Shown: positions 29,093-39,700 of the stretch, in pieces | Numbering within the stretch: position 1 is the first letter of the stretch | Layout of the letters: each line of letters starts with the position of its first letter | NCBI GenBank assembly: GCA_965204375.1 | Contig: OZ241986.1 | Location: forward strand, 2,528,001-2,592,000 | Source of the DNA: Candidatus Latescibacterota bacterium | GTDB taxonomy: Bacteria > Latescibacterota > UBA2968 | Direction of reading: 5' to 3' | Length of the DNA stretch: 64,000 nt | Position numbers and translations under genes: made by a program | Notes under the pieces: generated by a model | Seen by the model: only the letters and a program-made list of their open reading frames with translations | Told to the model about the DNA's origin: nothing | Databases searched by the model: none

Positions 29093-29901
29093 CCTTCCGA
29101 ACAACACCTCTCACGTCTCACTACGGCGTTGAAGTTCACGACATTGACCTCACCCGAATCAATGGCGAAATGGCCGAAGCCATTCTCGACTCAGTCAACG
29201 AACACGCCCTGCTTCTCTTTCGACGGCAATCGCTCCACGACGAAGACATCTACACCCTAAGTGCCGCACTCGGACCCGTCGAAGAACCCGCAGCCAAAAT
29301 CAACCACAGTCCCCGTTTCAAAGAAGTCAATTACATCTCGAATTTGAACAATAGCGAAAGTACATTCATTGGCACTCCCATCACAGACAATGACGGAGGC
29401 TGGCACACAGACCAGGCCTTCCGCAAAAATCCCGCCACACTATCGACGCTTTTCTGTATCATCGCCCCGGAAAAAGGGGGTGGCACCAGCTTTTGCAGTA
29501 CACACATGGGCTATGAAGCCCTTCCGGAAACACTCAAGAAGCGCATTGAGAACATGCGCGTCAAATACCTGCCCGGCAAAATTCACGAAGTCGAACCCTT
29601 TGAAGTCACCCATCCTCTTGTACTCACCAGCCCGAGCACGGGGCGAAAAACCCTCTACATATCTCCCGGTACGCGCGGAATTGACGGGCTGGACGAAGCT
29701 GAAAGCTGGGCTCTCAAAAACGAACTGCTCACCTATCAACTTCGCCAACACCACATATACCAGCACAACTATCGCATGGGCGACATGCTCATTTACGATA
29801 ATGCGCAACTCCTGCACAAACGCGACGCGTACAAAGGTCCGCGCTTCCTGAAAATTACGCGTGTCTTTCTGTCTCCCGACCGCTTCGCCATTCCCGACTG
29901 A
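29089..29901 (+). CDS. TauD/TfdA family dioxygenase
   Basis: YGVEVHDIDL, WHTD, HPLV, GDMLIYDN..LH.R; ATGA overlap with the upstream gene. Confidence 0.88.
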   Translation: MTFRTTPLTSHYGVEVHDIDLTRINGEMAEAILDSVNEHALLLFRRQSLHDEDIYTLSAALGPVEEPAAKINHSPRFKEVNYISNLNNSESTFIGTPITDNDGGWHTDQAFRKNPATLSTLFCIIAPEKGGGTSFCSTHMGYEALPETLKKRIENMRVKYLPGKIHEVEPFEVTHPLVLTSPSTGRKTLYISPGTRGIDGLDEAESWALKNELLTYQLRQHHIYQHNYRMGDMLIYDNAQLLHKRDAYKGPRFLKITRVFLSPDRFAIPD

Positions 29902-29903
29902 CC

Positions 29904-31898
29904 ATGGCTGCAACATCTCCCCAGCAAGAACGCCACCCCATTCCCTCGCGCATCACGGGGCGCTCTGTGCTCTTTGGCGCACTCACCGCCATTGCCCTCA
30001 ACGTGTACACCGACCACGCCGGGTTGGTGATGGGGTCGTCATCCCTGGTCAAATCGCAATATCCAATGGCCATGTTGCTGCCTTTTGTACTCTGGTTATT
30101 TGCCAATATCGGTCTCAAAACCTTCTGGCCCAAAGCGGCACTTTCGGGCACCGAACTGCTCGTCATCTACAGCATGTCCTGGATCGCGGGCGTTATTCCC
30201 CTCGAAGGTTGGGCAGCTTATTGGACGAGCACAATGGCCGTACCCACCTATTATGCGTCACCTGAAAATCGTTGGACCGAAATCATCTTTGACATCTTGC
30301 CCTGGTGGACCCTGCCAGACATATCGCCTGCGGTCATTCGTCCTTTCTACGATGGATTGCCTCCCTATGGTTCCATTCCCTGGGTGGGCTGGTTGCAACC
30401 CCTGTTCTGGTGGACCGCCATCTCATTGGCCGTTTTTACAGCGGGATTGTGTTTGTGTATTCTCTTCCAACGCCAGTGGGAAGACCACGAACGACTCGCC
30501 TTTCCGCTCGCGCAATTTGCCGTAGAACTCACATCTGGCTTTGATCAACCCGGACGCGTCCCCGGCATATTTCGCAACAAAATTTTCTGGGCGGGTTTTT
30601 TCACTGTTTTTGGCGTCTTCGCGTGGAATATCCTCGGTTATTTCGCCACGGGCTTGCCGCGCATCACCATTTATGCCGGATACCTGAGCAAACAAATCGA
30701 CCTCGCCCGCGACTTTCCTCCCATTTACCTTCGCATCTTGCCCCCGGTAGTCGGTCTCACCTACTTCTGCAATCTCGACATCCTCTTCAGTTTTTGGGTT
30801 TTGCGCCTCGTCGCCATAGTCAAACTCGGCATTATGGACCGCACGGGCTTCACACTTGGCCTGGCCAACCAGCAGGCAAAATCATCCGAAATCATCAATC
30901 TCGAAAGTCACGGCGCCCTTGTTTTATTGGCGCTCTGGTCTATTTGGGCTGCTCGGGGGCACCTGTCTCGCGTCTGGCAAGCTGTTGTAGAAGGACGACA
31001 GTCTGTTCATAACGACGGCATTATATCCTATCGCCTGGCATTTATCGGCTTTGTTCTGGCAACCACCTTCATCATCGGCTGGATGAGCGCAATGGGCATG
31101 TCTATCCCCATTGCACTCTTGCAAACCGCGCTACTCTACACGGCATATTTCACCGTCGCCAAATTCACGGCCGCCAGTGGTTTTCCCCATCTTCTACCCA
31201 TATATGGTAAAGGCGGTGGCATGGTCTATACCTTTACAGGTACTGCCAACTTGACCCCCTCGGACTTTGTAGGTACTGAATTTGTCAACTCCAGCGCCTT
31301 CTTTGGCAACACTCGCATTCCCGCATGGCCCGCGCTACCCCACCATCTGAAATTGCACGGCGCAACGCCAAACGCCCGCATCGCCCGTATCGCCGTGCTC
31401 GCCTTCACCGTGGGCTTGCTCGCATCCTTCATCTTTATTATCTATTTGGCCTATGCCCACGGAGGGCAAAATCTGCACACAGCCCCATTTTCTGGCCGCT
31501 CAAACTCGGCCTCAGTCCGCCTTTACAGCAACATGACCAACCACATTCTCAACGAACAAAAAACCGTTTTTGATCCATATAAAATGGCCGTATGGTTCAT
31601 TGGCATCTTTGAAGCGCTCGTGCTCATTGGCTTGCGAAGCCGCCTGCCCTGGTGGCCCCTGCACCCAATTGGCCTCGCCTTTCAAAATACCTCTGGTCCA
31701 AGAATCTATAGCTTCTCCATTTTTCTCACCTGGGCGGCCAAATCACTTTTCCTGCGCATCGGCGGCATTGCCCTGTACCGCCGCGCAGCACCTTATTTTA
31801 TTGGCCTGCCAGTGGGCTATGTCACCGGCGTCATCGTTTCGTCTATTGTCGACCTCATCTGGTTTCCAGCAGGTGGGCACTGGACACATGGATGGTAA
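29904..31898 (+). CDS. Polytopic membrane protein (DUF6785/DUF6784, OPT-like)
   Basis: ASPENRW, QWEDHERLAFPL, WWPLHPIG, many TM helices. Confidence 0.75.
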   Translation: MAATSPQQERHPIPSRITGRSVLFGALTAIALNVYTDHAGLVMGSSSLVKSQYPMAMLLPFVLWLFANIGLKTFWPKAALSGTELLVIYSMSWIAGVIPLEGWAAYWTSTMAVPTYYASPENRWTEIIFDILPWWTLPDISPAVIRPFYDGLPPYGSIPWVGWLQPLFWWTAISLAVFTAGLCLCILFQRQWEDHERLAFPLAQFAVELTSGFDQPGRVPGIFRNKIFWAGFFTVFGVFAWNILGYFATGLPRITIYAGYLSKQIDLARDFPPIYLRILPPVVGLTYFCNLDILFSFWVLRLVAIVKLGIMDRTGFTLGLANQQAKSSEIINLESHGALVLLALWSIWAARGHLSRVWQAVVEGRQSVHNDGIISYRLAFIGFVLATTFIIGWMSAMGMSIPIALLQTALLYTAYFTVAKFTAASGFPHLLPIYGKGGGMVYTFTGTANLTPSDFVGTEFVNSSAFFGNTRIPAWPALPHHLKLHGATPNARIARIAVLAFTVGLLASFIFIIYLAYAHGGQNLHTAPFSGRSNSASVRLYSNMTNHILNEQKTVFDPYKMAVWFIGIFEALVLIGLRSRLPWWPLHPIGLAFQNTSGPRIYSFSIFLTWAAKSLFLRIGGIALYRRAAPYFIGLPVGYVTGVIVSSIVDLIWFPAGGHWTHGW

Positions 31899-31945
31899 TT
31901 GGGAATAAAAATTAAGGGTTAGGTAGATCGACCGCTGATTACTTC

Positions 31946-31974
31946 GTAGGGACGGGTTTGAAACCCGTCCCTAC
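31946..31974. repeat. REP-like palindrome GTAGGGACGGGTTTGAAACCCGTCCCTAC
   Basis: Perfect intergenic inverted repeat starting with GTAG. Confidence 0.7.
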
Positions 31975-31990
31975 TACAGAAAGGTTTCTC

Positions 31991-32710
31991 ATGTCCGAAC
32001 AAAAACACATTCTCATCACAGGTGGTGCGGGCTTTGTCGCCGGCATGTTGCGCCAGCACTGGGGCGCGACCTATCGCCTTCGGCTTGCCGATGTGAACCC
32101 GGTTGAAAATCTCGTAGATCACGAAGAATTTGTCCAGATGGATATTACCAATCTCGACGAATTTCAAGCTGCTTGTCGGGGTATTCATACCGTAATACAC
32201 CTCGCAGCCGATCGCAGTCCGCGTGCCGACTTTTACGAAACCTTGCTCGACCTCAACATTATTGGCGCATACAACGCCTTTCACGCTGCACACCTGTGCG
32301 GTTGCAAGCGCATTGTTTTTGCCAGTTCGGTCAATGCTGTGTTGGGCTACCCGGGCGATTCCTCCATTGAATGGGATGTACCCGTATTTCCCACCAATGT
32401 CTATGGTGCCACCAAATGCTGGGGCGAAGCCCTTGCGCGGGTATATTCCGAAACCCACGGACTATCCTGCATCTGTGTGCGCCTGGGCGGCCCGAGATGG
32501 AATGCCGATGAAATTTACGACCCAGACAAACCCAGCATACTCATCAGCCCGCGGGATACCGCACAACTTTTTCAAAAATGCGTGGAAGCAGATACCGACT
32601 TTGCCATTGTACATGGCGTATCTGATCACAAAAAATCCTATCTCGGAATTGATGCCACCAGGGAAGTATTGGGCTACACCCCACAAGACGGAACTAGAAT
32701 GATGAAGTAG
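31991..32710 (+). CDS. NAD-dependent epimerase/dehydrogenase (uronate dehydrogenase-like SDR)
   Basis: ILITGGAGFVA, FASS, YGATK. Confidence 0.87.
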   Translation: MSEQKHILITGGAGFVAGMLRQHWGATYRLRLADVNPVENLVDHEEFVQMDITNLDEFQAACRGIHTVIHLAADRSPRADFYETLLDLNIIGAYNAFHAAHLCGCKRIVFASSVNAVLGYPGDSSIEWDVPVFPTNVYGATKCWGEALARVYSETHGLSCICVRLGGPRWNADEIYDPDKPSILISPRDTAQLFQKCVEADTDFAIVHGVSDHKKSYLGIDATREVLGYTPQDGTRMMK

Positions 32711-32720
32711 GAAGTTAGAA

Positions 32721-32820
32721 GTTGGAAAACCACCCAACACCGCCTCTGCGGTGTACAACTGGCCGATTCTCAGGCCAGTTCACGCTGGTGCATCATCACA
32801 CTTCACACTTCAAAGGATGC
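32721..32820 (+). promoter_or_regulatory. Candidate structured 5' leader RNA of the queD-like gene
   Basis: Three adjacent hairpins (GTTGG/CCAAC, ACACCGC/GCGGTGT, AACTGGCC/GGCCAGTT). Confidence 0.4.
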
Positions 32821-32822
32821 CC

Positions 32823-33275
32823 ATGGGAAAGGGAAAATTTTCATCGACAAAAACCTATCACGATCTGCCCTGTGCACATCGTCAGGGATACCACGACGGT
32901 CACTGTCGCTTTATTCACGGATACAACCGCGAGATCACGTTTTATTTTACCTGCAACGAACTCGACGAAAATCACTTTGTCGTCGATTTTAGCAAGCTCA
33001 AGAAGCTCAAAGCCTGGTTAGAGCACATGTTTGACCACACGATGCTCGTCAACGAAAATGATCCCGAACGCGAATTTTTTGAAGAAATGCACCGCCGGGA
33101 TCTAATCGATCTGCGAATTATGCCCAACGTTGGCATGGAAGCGTCATCAAAATTTGTCTTTGATTATGCCGACAAACTCGTACGCGACATGACCCACAAC
33201 CGATGCTGGGTCTATAAAGTTGAAACCCGCGAAAACATGAAAAACTCGGGCATATACGAACTCGTGGATGGCTGA
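32823..33275 (+). CDS. queD: 6-carboxytetrahydropterin synthase / PTPS family
   Basis: CAHRQ..HDGHCRFIHGY, VVDF..LK, FDHT, GME, RE..KNS. Confidence 0.8.
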   Translation: MGKGKFSSTKTYHDLPCAHRQGYHDGHCRFIHGYNREITFYFTCNELDENHFVVDFSKLKKLKAWLEHMFDHTMLVNENDPEREFFEEMHRRDLIDLRIMPNVGMEASSKFVFDYADKLVRDMTHNRCWVYKVETRENMKNSGIYELVDG

Positions 33276-33386
33276 TCTATACACCTGAATGGCGTTTTTT
33301 GCCCTACTGCACAAAATACTGCACATATTTTTTCTTATAACACAATAAATTGTTAATAAACAAATATTTATTGTGTTATTTTTTTC

Positions 33387-33415
33387 TTGACTTATGAACA
33401 AATGTTCACTATATT
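33387..33415 (+). promoter_or_regulatory. Sigma-70 promoter TTGACT-N17-TATATT with a perfect GAAC-AAAT-GTTC (LexA/Cheo-type) operator
   Basis: TGAACAAATGTTCA at 33395-33408 within the promoter spacer. Confidence 0.7.
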
Positions 33416-33496
33416 CTTGCTCAGCCATAACTGAGGCCAAAACAGACAGATGTTCCACACACGATATAGGACCTCAGAACACCATAAGGAGGAAAT

Positions 33497-34504
33497 ATGA
33501 TTTCCGAAATGAAACAGCATCGTCCCCCCGTCCAGCAGGCTCTTCGCAAAGCCTCAGGGCGAAGTACAGAACAAGTTTGCACCTCACCCTATGTGGGCGA
33601 TGAACCCTCTCTGGCCTATTACTACAAGGAGATTGAACGACATCCACTGCTCACACCAGACGAAGAAAGAGCACTGACAGAGCAAATTGCTCTGGGCAAC
33701 CTGCCAGGTGCGAGTGCGAGTGCTCAGCGGGCAGGAGAGCACGCCCGCGAAAAGCTCATCACCAGCAACCTGCGCTTCGTCATTCACGTTGCCAAAAATT
33801 TTAAGAATCAAGGGCTTCCCATGGCCGATCTCATCAATGAAGGCAACATGGGCTTGATGACTGCTGCCCGCAAATTCAAACCCGAAAAAGGTTACAAGTT
33901 CATTACTTATGCAGTCTGGTGGATACGGCAGAACATCCTCAAAGCCCTCGAAGTTCAAACCCGATCCATCCGGATTCCCGGCAATGTTGTCAACGACCTC
34001 AACAAATTGCGCAAAGTCGAAGCTGACCTGACTCAGCACCTCGACCGACATCCCGATGCCGATGAACTCGCCCGAGAAACCGATCTGCCTCTCAAAAAAG
34101 TTACGCACACCCTCGAATCGGCTTACAACACCGTATCTCTGGATACCCCAATGTACGATGAAGCCACAAACTCCGCACCACGCGCTGTCATCCTGCAAGA
34201 AACCCTGTCGGACCCCCAAACATTGTCTCCGGAAGATGCCTATATTCAAGATACTATGCACAATGATATACACAACGCGCTCAGTGCCTTGCCCGACCGC
34301 GACCGGCAAATTCTACATCTCTATTACGGTTTCAGCGACCCGACGGAACACACCGAAGTCAGCAATTCAAAACCCGCGACCTATCAACAAATAGGTAACA
34401 AACTGGGGGTAAGTAGAGAACGGGTGCGCCAACTCAAAGAGGAGGCACTCAATCGGCTGAGGCATCCCACCCACAGTAAACGACTTGCCACCTATTGTAG
34501 TTAA
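33497..34504 (+). CDS. RpoD/SigA-family sigma-70 factor lacking region 1.1 (probably alternative/group 2)
   Basis: SNLRFVIHVAK, DLINEGNMGL, KFITYAVWWIRQ, IRIP, VSLD, IGNKLGVSRERVRQL; AAGGAGG SD. Confidence 0.9.
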   Translation: MISEMKQHRPPVQQALRKASGRSTEQVCTSPYVGDEPSLAYYYKEIERHPLLTPDEERALTEQIALGNLPGASASAQRAGEHAREKLITSNLRFVIHVAKNFKNQGLPMADLINEGNMGLMTAARKFKPEKGYKFITYAVWWIRQNILKALEVQTRSIRIPGNVVNDLNKLRKVEADLTQHLDRHPDADELARETDLPLKKVTHTLESAYNTVSLDTPMYDEATNSAPRAVILQETLSDPQTLSPEDAYIQDTMHNDIHNALSALPDRDRQILHLYYGFSDPTEHTEVSNSKPATYQQIGNKLGVSRERVRQLKEEALNRLRHPTHSKRLATYCS

Positions 34505-34555
34505 AGTGAAAAATTGTACACCGCGTGTTCCCTTAAAACACAGCCCTAACAAAAC

Positions 34556-34590
34556 CAGAGCGTCGGCGCGATTTGCCGGCGCTCTCTGTG
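34556..34590 (+). terminator. Hairpin downstream of the sigma gene
   Basis: AGAGCGTCGGC/GCCGGCGCTCT stem, weak T-tail. Confidence 0.45.
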
Positions 34591-34717
34591 CTTCTGGGAA
34601 AGTTGTACACCTCTATCTTTCTACTTGCGTTCAAAGCCGAAACCTTGCTATTTACAATATCCAAACGATCTTCTCGGTAAGTTGCACACCGCTTATTAGT
34701 TCACAGGTAAATCAACT

Positions 34718-35530
34718 ATGAAAATCATCCTCCTCTCTACACTCGGTGCTCTCATTCTACTCGGCGTGGGTGTGTACATTGTTTTTTATATATCAGACCG
34801 CGACAAAATTGAAGGAAAATCCTTCTTTCGCCTTGAAAATCGCTGGCTCTACGGCTTTTTGGCCTACGCATCTGTCATTGTCATCACTTTTCTGGTCCTG
34901 ATTTTGCAAACCTCGCTCACGCGCCAAGAGCAAACCCTTGAAAATACCCAGGCGCGATTCCAGCAAGAACTCACGGCTTTCCGCGAGCGACTCGGCGAAC
35001 AAACCGACCGCCTCATGTCCCAAATCAATGAAAAAGCGGAACTCACTGGCTCCGAAGTCGAGGTACGCGGCAAACTATCCAATGAGATCGCCCATCATCA
35101 ACGCACCCGCAAAGAACGCGACGCTGCACGCGAACAATTGCGCCTCACGCAAAGCGAATTAAATCGGGAAACGCTCGCACACCGCGCCTATCTGGACAGC
35201 CTCAACACCGAAAGATCGCTTCACGCATCAACCCAAAATCGGCTCAGGCGCGAGGAAGAACAACACGCCAAAAGCCGCGAGACATTGCGAAATACCCGAC
35301 AAAAGCTCGACCGCGCCAACGAACGACTAAACGTACAAAATCGCCAGATTACAGCACTTAGAGGCGATCTCAAACGCGCGCAGGACAACGCCAATAGCGC
35401 ACGCCAGATGGCCAGTCGCCTCTTACAACAATCCGGTGACCACCAGCGAGCACTCATAACCCTTCAAGCCACCGTCGATTCTCTCTTTCTAAAAGAATTT
35501 AAACGCCCCCGAGTTCCTTCAGATAAATAG
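34718..35530 (+). CDS. Membrane-anchored coiled-coil hypothetical protein
   Basis: Two N-terminal TM helices followed by a long heptad-rich region. Confidence 0.75.
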   Translation: MKIILLSTLGALILLGVGVYIVFYISDRDKIEGKSFFRLENRWLYGFLAYASVIVITFLVLILQTSLTRQEQTLENTQARFQQELTAFRERLGEQTDRLMSQINEKAELTGSEVEVRGKLSNEIAHHQRTRKERDAAREQLRLTQSELNRETLAHRAYLDSLNTERSLHASTQNRLRREEEQHAKSRETLRNTRQKLDRANERLNVQNRQITALRGDLKRAQDNANSARQMASRLLQQSGDHQRALITLQATVDSLFLKEFKRPRVPSDK

Positions 35531-35549
35531 ACGAGGAGAAAAATACATC

Positions 35550-36704
35550 GTGAAACTCAAAATCTTCCTTCCCATAATTGTCCTGATTATCGGCGTACTG
35601 GGTGCTTATGCTCTTGTCAAAAGCCGGGAAGTCGTCCAGCCCAAACCAACAGAAGTGCCCCCGCCGCTCGTGCGTGTTCAATCCGTTTATTTCACAGACT
35701 TTCAACTCATTGTTCCAGCGCAAGGCACGGTTGCCCCGCGCACGCAAACCACACTTGTTTCACAAGTAGCAGGTCAAATCATTGAAGTATCACCAGCATT
35801 TGCCAACGGGGGATTTTTTGAAAAAGGCGATGTCCTGCTCACCATTGATCCGCGCGATTACGAAGTCGCTGTCGCACAGGCACAGGTTCAGGTTGCACAG
35901 GCCAAATTGCGATTGGCACGCGAAGAAGAAGAAGCCGCAATTGCCCGCGACGAATGGAAACGCCTGGGCAATGGAGATCCAACCGATCTCGTCTTGCGCA
36001 AGCCACAAATTGACGAAGCCCGTGCGACCATTGTCGCAGCCGAAGGCGCATTGATGCGCGCCAATCTCAACCTCGAACGCACGCAAATCAGAGCACCATA
36101 TCCCGGACGCGTTCGCACCAAAAATGCCGATGTCGGGCAATATGTCAACCCGGGTTCACCGCTCGGCCACATTTATGCGATTGACTATGCCGAAGTGCGC
36201 CTGCCCGTGTCCGATGACCAGCTTGCTTATCTGGATCTACCCCTATCCTTTCGCAATAATCCCCATCATAATTCAGGCCCCGATGTGCGTTTCCACGCCA
36301 CATTTGCTGGACGGGAACACACCTATATGGGACGCATAGTGCGCGTTGAAGGTGAAATTGATGCGCGCTCTGGCATGATCGCGCTCGTCGGGCGCGTGGA
36401 TAACCCATACCGCCAGCGCGATAGCAACACGCCGCCATTGGCTGTGGGTCTGTTTGTCACCGCAGAAATCCTGGGCCATCGCGCGGAAAACGTCGTGGTC
36501 ATCCCACGCGCTGCACTGCGCGGCAAAAATCGCGTCCTCGTGGTCACGGGCAATCGCCTCTACTATCGAACCATCGACATCTTGCGCGCCGACGCAGAAA
36601 AAGTCGTTGTTAAAAGCGGTCTAAAATCGGGCGAGCAACTCTGCATATCGCCAATCGATACCGTCGTGGATGGCATGCGCGTGCGCACTGGAGGTACACA
36701 ATGA
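35550..36704 (+). CDS. RND efflux periplasmic adaptor (MFP)
   Basis: QVAGQI..F..G.FF.KGDVL..ID..DY, LERTQIRAPY.GRV. Confidence 0.92.
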   Translation: MKLKIFLPIIVLIIGVLGAYALVKSREVVQPKPTEVPPPLVRVQSVYFTDFQLIVPAQGTVAPRTQTTLVSQVAGQIIEVSPAFANGGFFEKGDVLLTIDPRDYEVAVAQAQVQVAQAKLRLAREEEEAAIARDEWKRLGNGDPTDLVLRKPQIDEARATIVAAEGALMRANLNLERTQIRAPYPGRVRTKNADVGQYVNPGSPLGHIYAIDYAEVRLPVSDDQLAYLDLPLSFRNNPHHNSGPDVRFHATFAGREHTYMGRIVRVEGEIDARSGMIALVGRVDNPYRQRDSNTPPLAVGLFVTAEILGHRAENVVVIPRAALRGKNRVLVVTGNRLYYRTIDILRADAEKVVVKSGLKSGEQLCISPIDTVVDGMRVRTGGTQ

Positions 36705-39700
36705 AAAATGCCATTGAATGGTTTGCCCGAAACAGCGTGGCGGCCAATCTGTTGATGGTATTGATCCTGGGAGGTGGTATTCTTCTCGTATCCCGCATTC
36801 GCATGGAAGTCTTCCCAGAATTTTCACAGGACATGATCAATATCTCCATGATCTATCTGGGGGCTGCTCCCGAAGAAGTCGAAGAAGCCGTCTGCATACG
36901 CATCGAAGAAGCTGTGCTGGGTCTCGACGGCATTGAACGCATCACCTCCACGGCATCGGAGAACAGCGGTGTTGTCAACATCGAACTCGAGTCGGGTGCT
37001 GATATGCGCAAATTGCTCGACGATGTCAAAGCCCGCGTAGATGCCATCACCACGTTTCCAGTGGAAACGGAAAAACCCATCATTCGAGAAATCACCAATC
37101 GCCGCCAGGTCATCAACGTTGCTATCTCTGGACCGACAGATGAAAAAACCCTCAAAACAATTGGCGAGCAAGTCAGAGACGACATTGCAACCATTCCCGG
37201 CATCACACAAGTAGATCTCGTAAGCACACGCCCTTATGAAATCGCTATCGAAATCTCGGAAAATGACCTGAGGCGTTACGACCTCACCTTTAGCGAAATT
37301 GCCCTGGCCATAAGGCGCTTCTCTATTGATCTGCCCGGCGGTGCCATTCGCACAAAGGGCGGCGAAATCCTATTGCGCACCAAAGGGCAGGCATATCACG
37401 GCAAAGAATTTGAATCGCTCGTCTTGCGCTCTCGTCCCGATGGCACGCATCTTCGCCTGGGCGATGTCGCCACAGTTATCGACGGCTTTGCGGCAACAGA
37501 TCAATCTGCCCAATTTGATGCAGAACCCACCGTGACGGTCAAGGTTTATCGCGTAGGAGATCAAAATGCCCTGGACATCACCGAAAAAGTCAAAGCCTAT
37601 ATCAATAAAACACAACCACGCATGCCCGATGGCATCAAACTCACCGTCTGGGCAGACTTTTCTCGCATCTTAAATGACCGCCTGGAACTCATGCTGCACA
37701 ATGGTCAACTGGGTTTTATCCTCGTCTTTATCGCGCTGACGATGTTTCTCCGTTTGCGACTCGCCTTCTGGGTCGCTCTGGGCATTCCCATCTCATTTCT
37801 CGGCGCAATCGGCCTGATGCCCTTCTTCGACATCTCCATCAACATGATCTCCCTCTTTGCTTTTATCGTGGTGCTCGGCATTGTCGTAGATGACGCGGTC
37901 ATCGTAGGAGAAAACATCTATCGCCATTACCAAATGGGCAAACGCGGTTTGCGCGCAGCCATTGATGGCGCGCAAGAAGTATCTGTGCCCGTCATTTTTG
38001 CTATCCTCACATCTATTGCCGCCTTCTCTCCCCTGCTAACGGTTGAAGGCAGCATGGGGAAAATCATGAGAATCATTCCCATGATTGTCATTCTCACCCT
38101 CATCTTTTCACTCATCGAATCGCTCTTTATTTTGCCAGCGCACCTCGCACATGCCAAAATAAATCCCAAAAAAGATGGGGATCCCCCGCGCAAACGCGCC
38201 ATTGTCAGCCTGTGGCAACGCGTTCAAAATGGCGTGGCCGATGGCATGCTCACCGCTGTTGACCGCTATTATCGCCCCTTTCTCGAATGGGCACTTCAGT
38301 GGCGTTATTTGACCCTCGCGGGGGGTGTTGCCACGCTCTTTCTCACCGTGGGGCTCGTTGGCGGCGGGTGGGTCAAGTTCGTCTTTTTTCCCAACGTCGA
38401 AGCCGATAATATCGCAGCTATGCTCACCATGCCTCAGGGCACACCTGCCGAGGTGACAGAGACCGCAGTGCGCCGCATGGAGGCGTCAGCCCGCCAACTA
38501 CAACGCGAAATAGAAAGTGAAGAGTCGGGTGCGGTATTTCGCCATGTTTTCGCAACCGTAGGTGAACAGCCCTATCGCGCAGCACAAGGTCCGCCCACCG
38601 GGAATGCCGCCTCATTTTCATCAGCACATCTGGGCGAAGTCTATATTGAACTCGTGCCTTCAGAAAATCGCGACATCAGCAGTGAGGAAATTGCCAACCG
38701 CTGGCGCAAACTCACCGGCGCTATTCCCGACGCGGTAGAACTGACCTACTCATCCTCGCTATTTTCATCCGGAGAAGCCATCAATATCCAGTTCTCAGGC
38801 CCCGACTACGGCGAATTGCGCGAAGTCGCCGAAAAATTCAAAAGCGCGTTGGATGACTATCCCGGTGTCTTTGACATCGCCGATTCATTTCGCCCGGGGA
38901 AAGAGGAAGTAAAACTCTCCCTCACCCGACAGGCTGAAACACTGGGCATCACATTGGCCGACCTCGCGCGCCAGGTCAGACAGGCGTTTTACGGAGAAGA
39001 AGCGCAGCGCATTCAGCGCGGACGCGACGACATCCGCGTGATGGTGCGCTATCCCGAATCAGAGCGACGCTCCCTTGGCAATCTCGAAGACATGCACATT
39101 CGCACGCCCAGCGGTGGCGAAGTGCCCTTTTCAATCGCCGCGAGTGCCGAACTCGGCCGGGGCTACGCATCCATTCGCCGCACCGACCGCCAGAGAGTTA
39201 TCAACGTCACTTCCGATGTCGATATAAGCATCGCCAATGCAAACGAAATCATTGCCGATTTCACCCGCACTGTCTTGCCCCAAATACTGGCAGACCACCC
39301 CCGCGTGCGTTACGATTTTGAAGGCCAGCAAAGAGAACAAACCGAAATGCTACAGGGACTGGCCCAAAGCTTTGTTATCGCCTTGCTCATCATTTATATT
39401 TTGCTCGCCATTCCCTTCAAATCCTATGTCCAACCCCTAATTGTGATGGGGGCCATCCCATTTGGAATCGTCGGCGCGGTCTGGGGGCATGTCGCTCTTG
39501 GATTTAATCTCTCTATTCTCTCCGTATTTGGCATCGTTGCACTTACAGGTATCGTCGTCAATGACAGTCTGGTCATGGTCGATTTTATCAACAAACAACG
39601 CGAAAAAGGCCACGCACTTTCCGAAGCTATCAGAGAAGCCGGTGCCGTGCGTTTCCGTCCCATTCTCTTGACCTCAGTCACGACATTTCTCGGCCTCACG

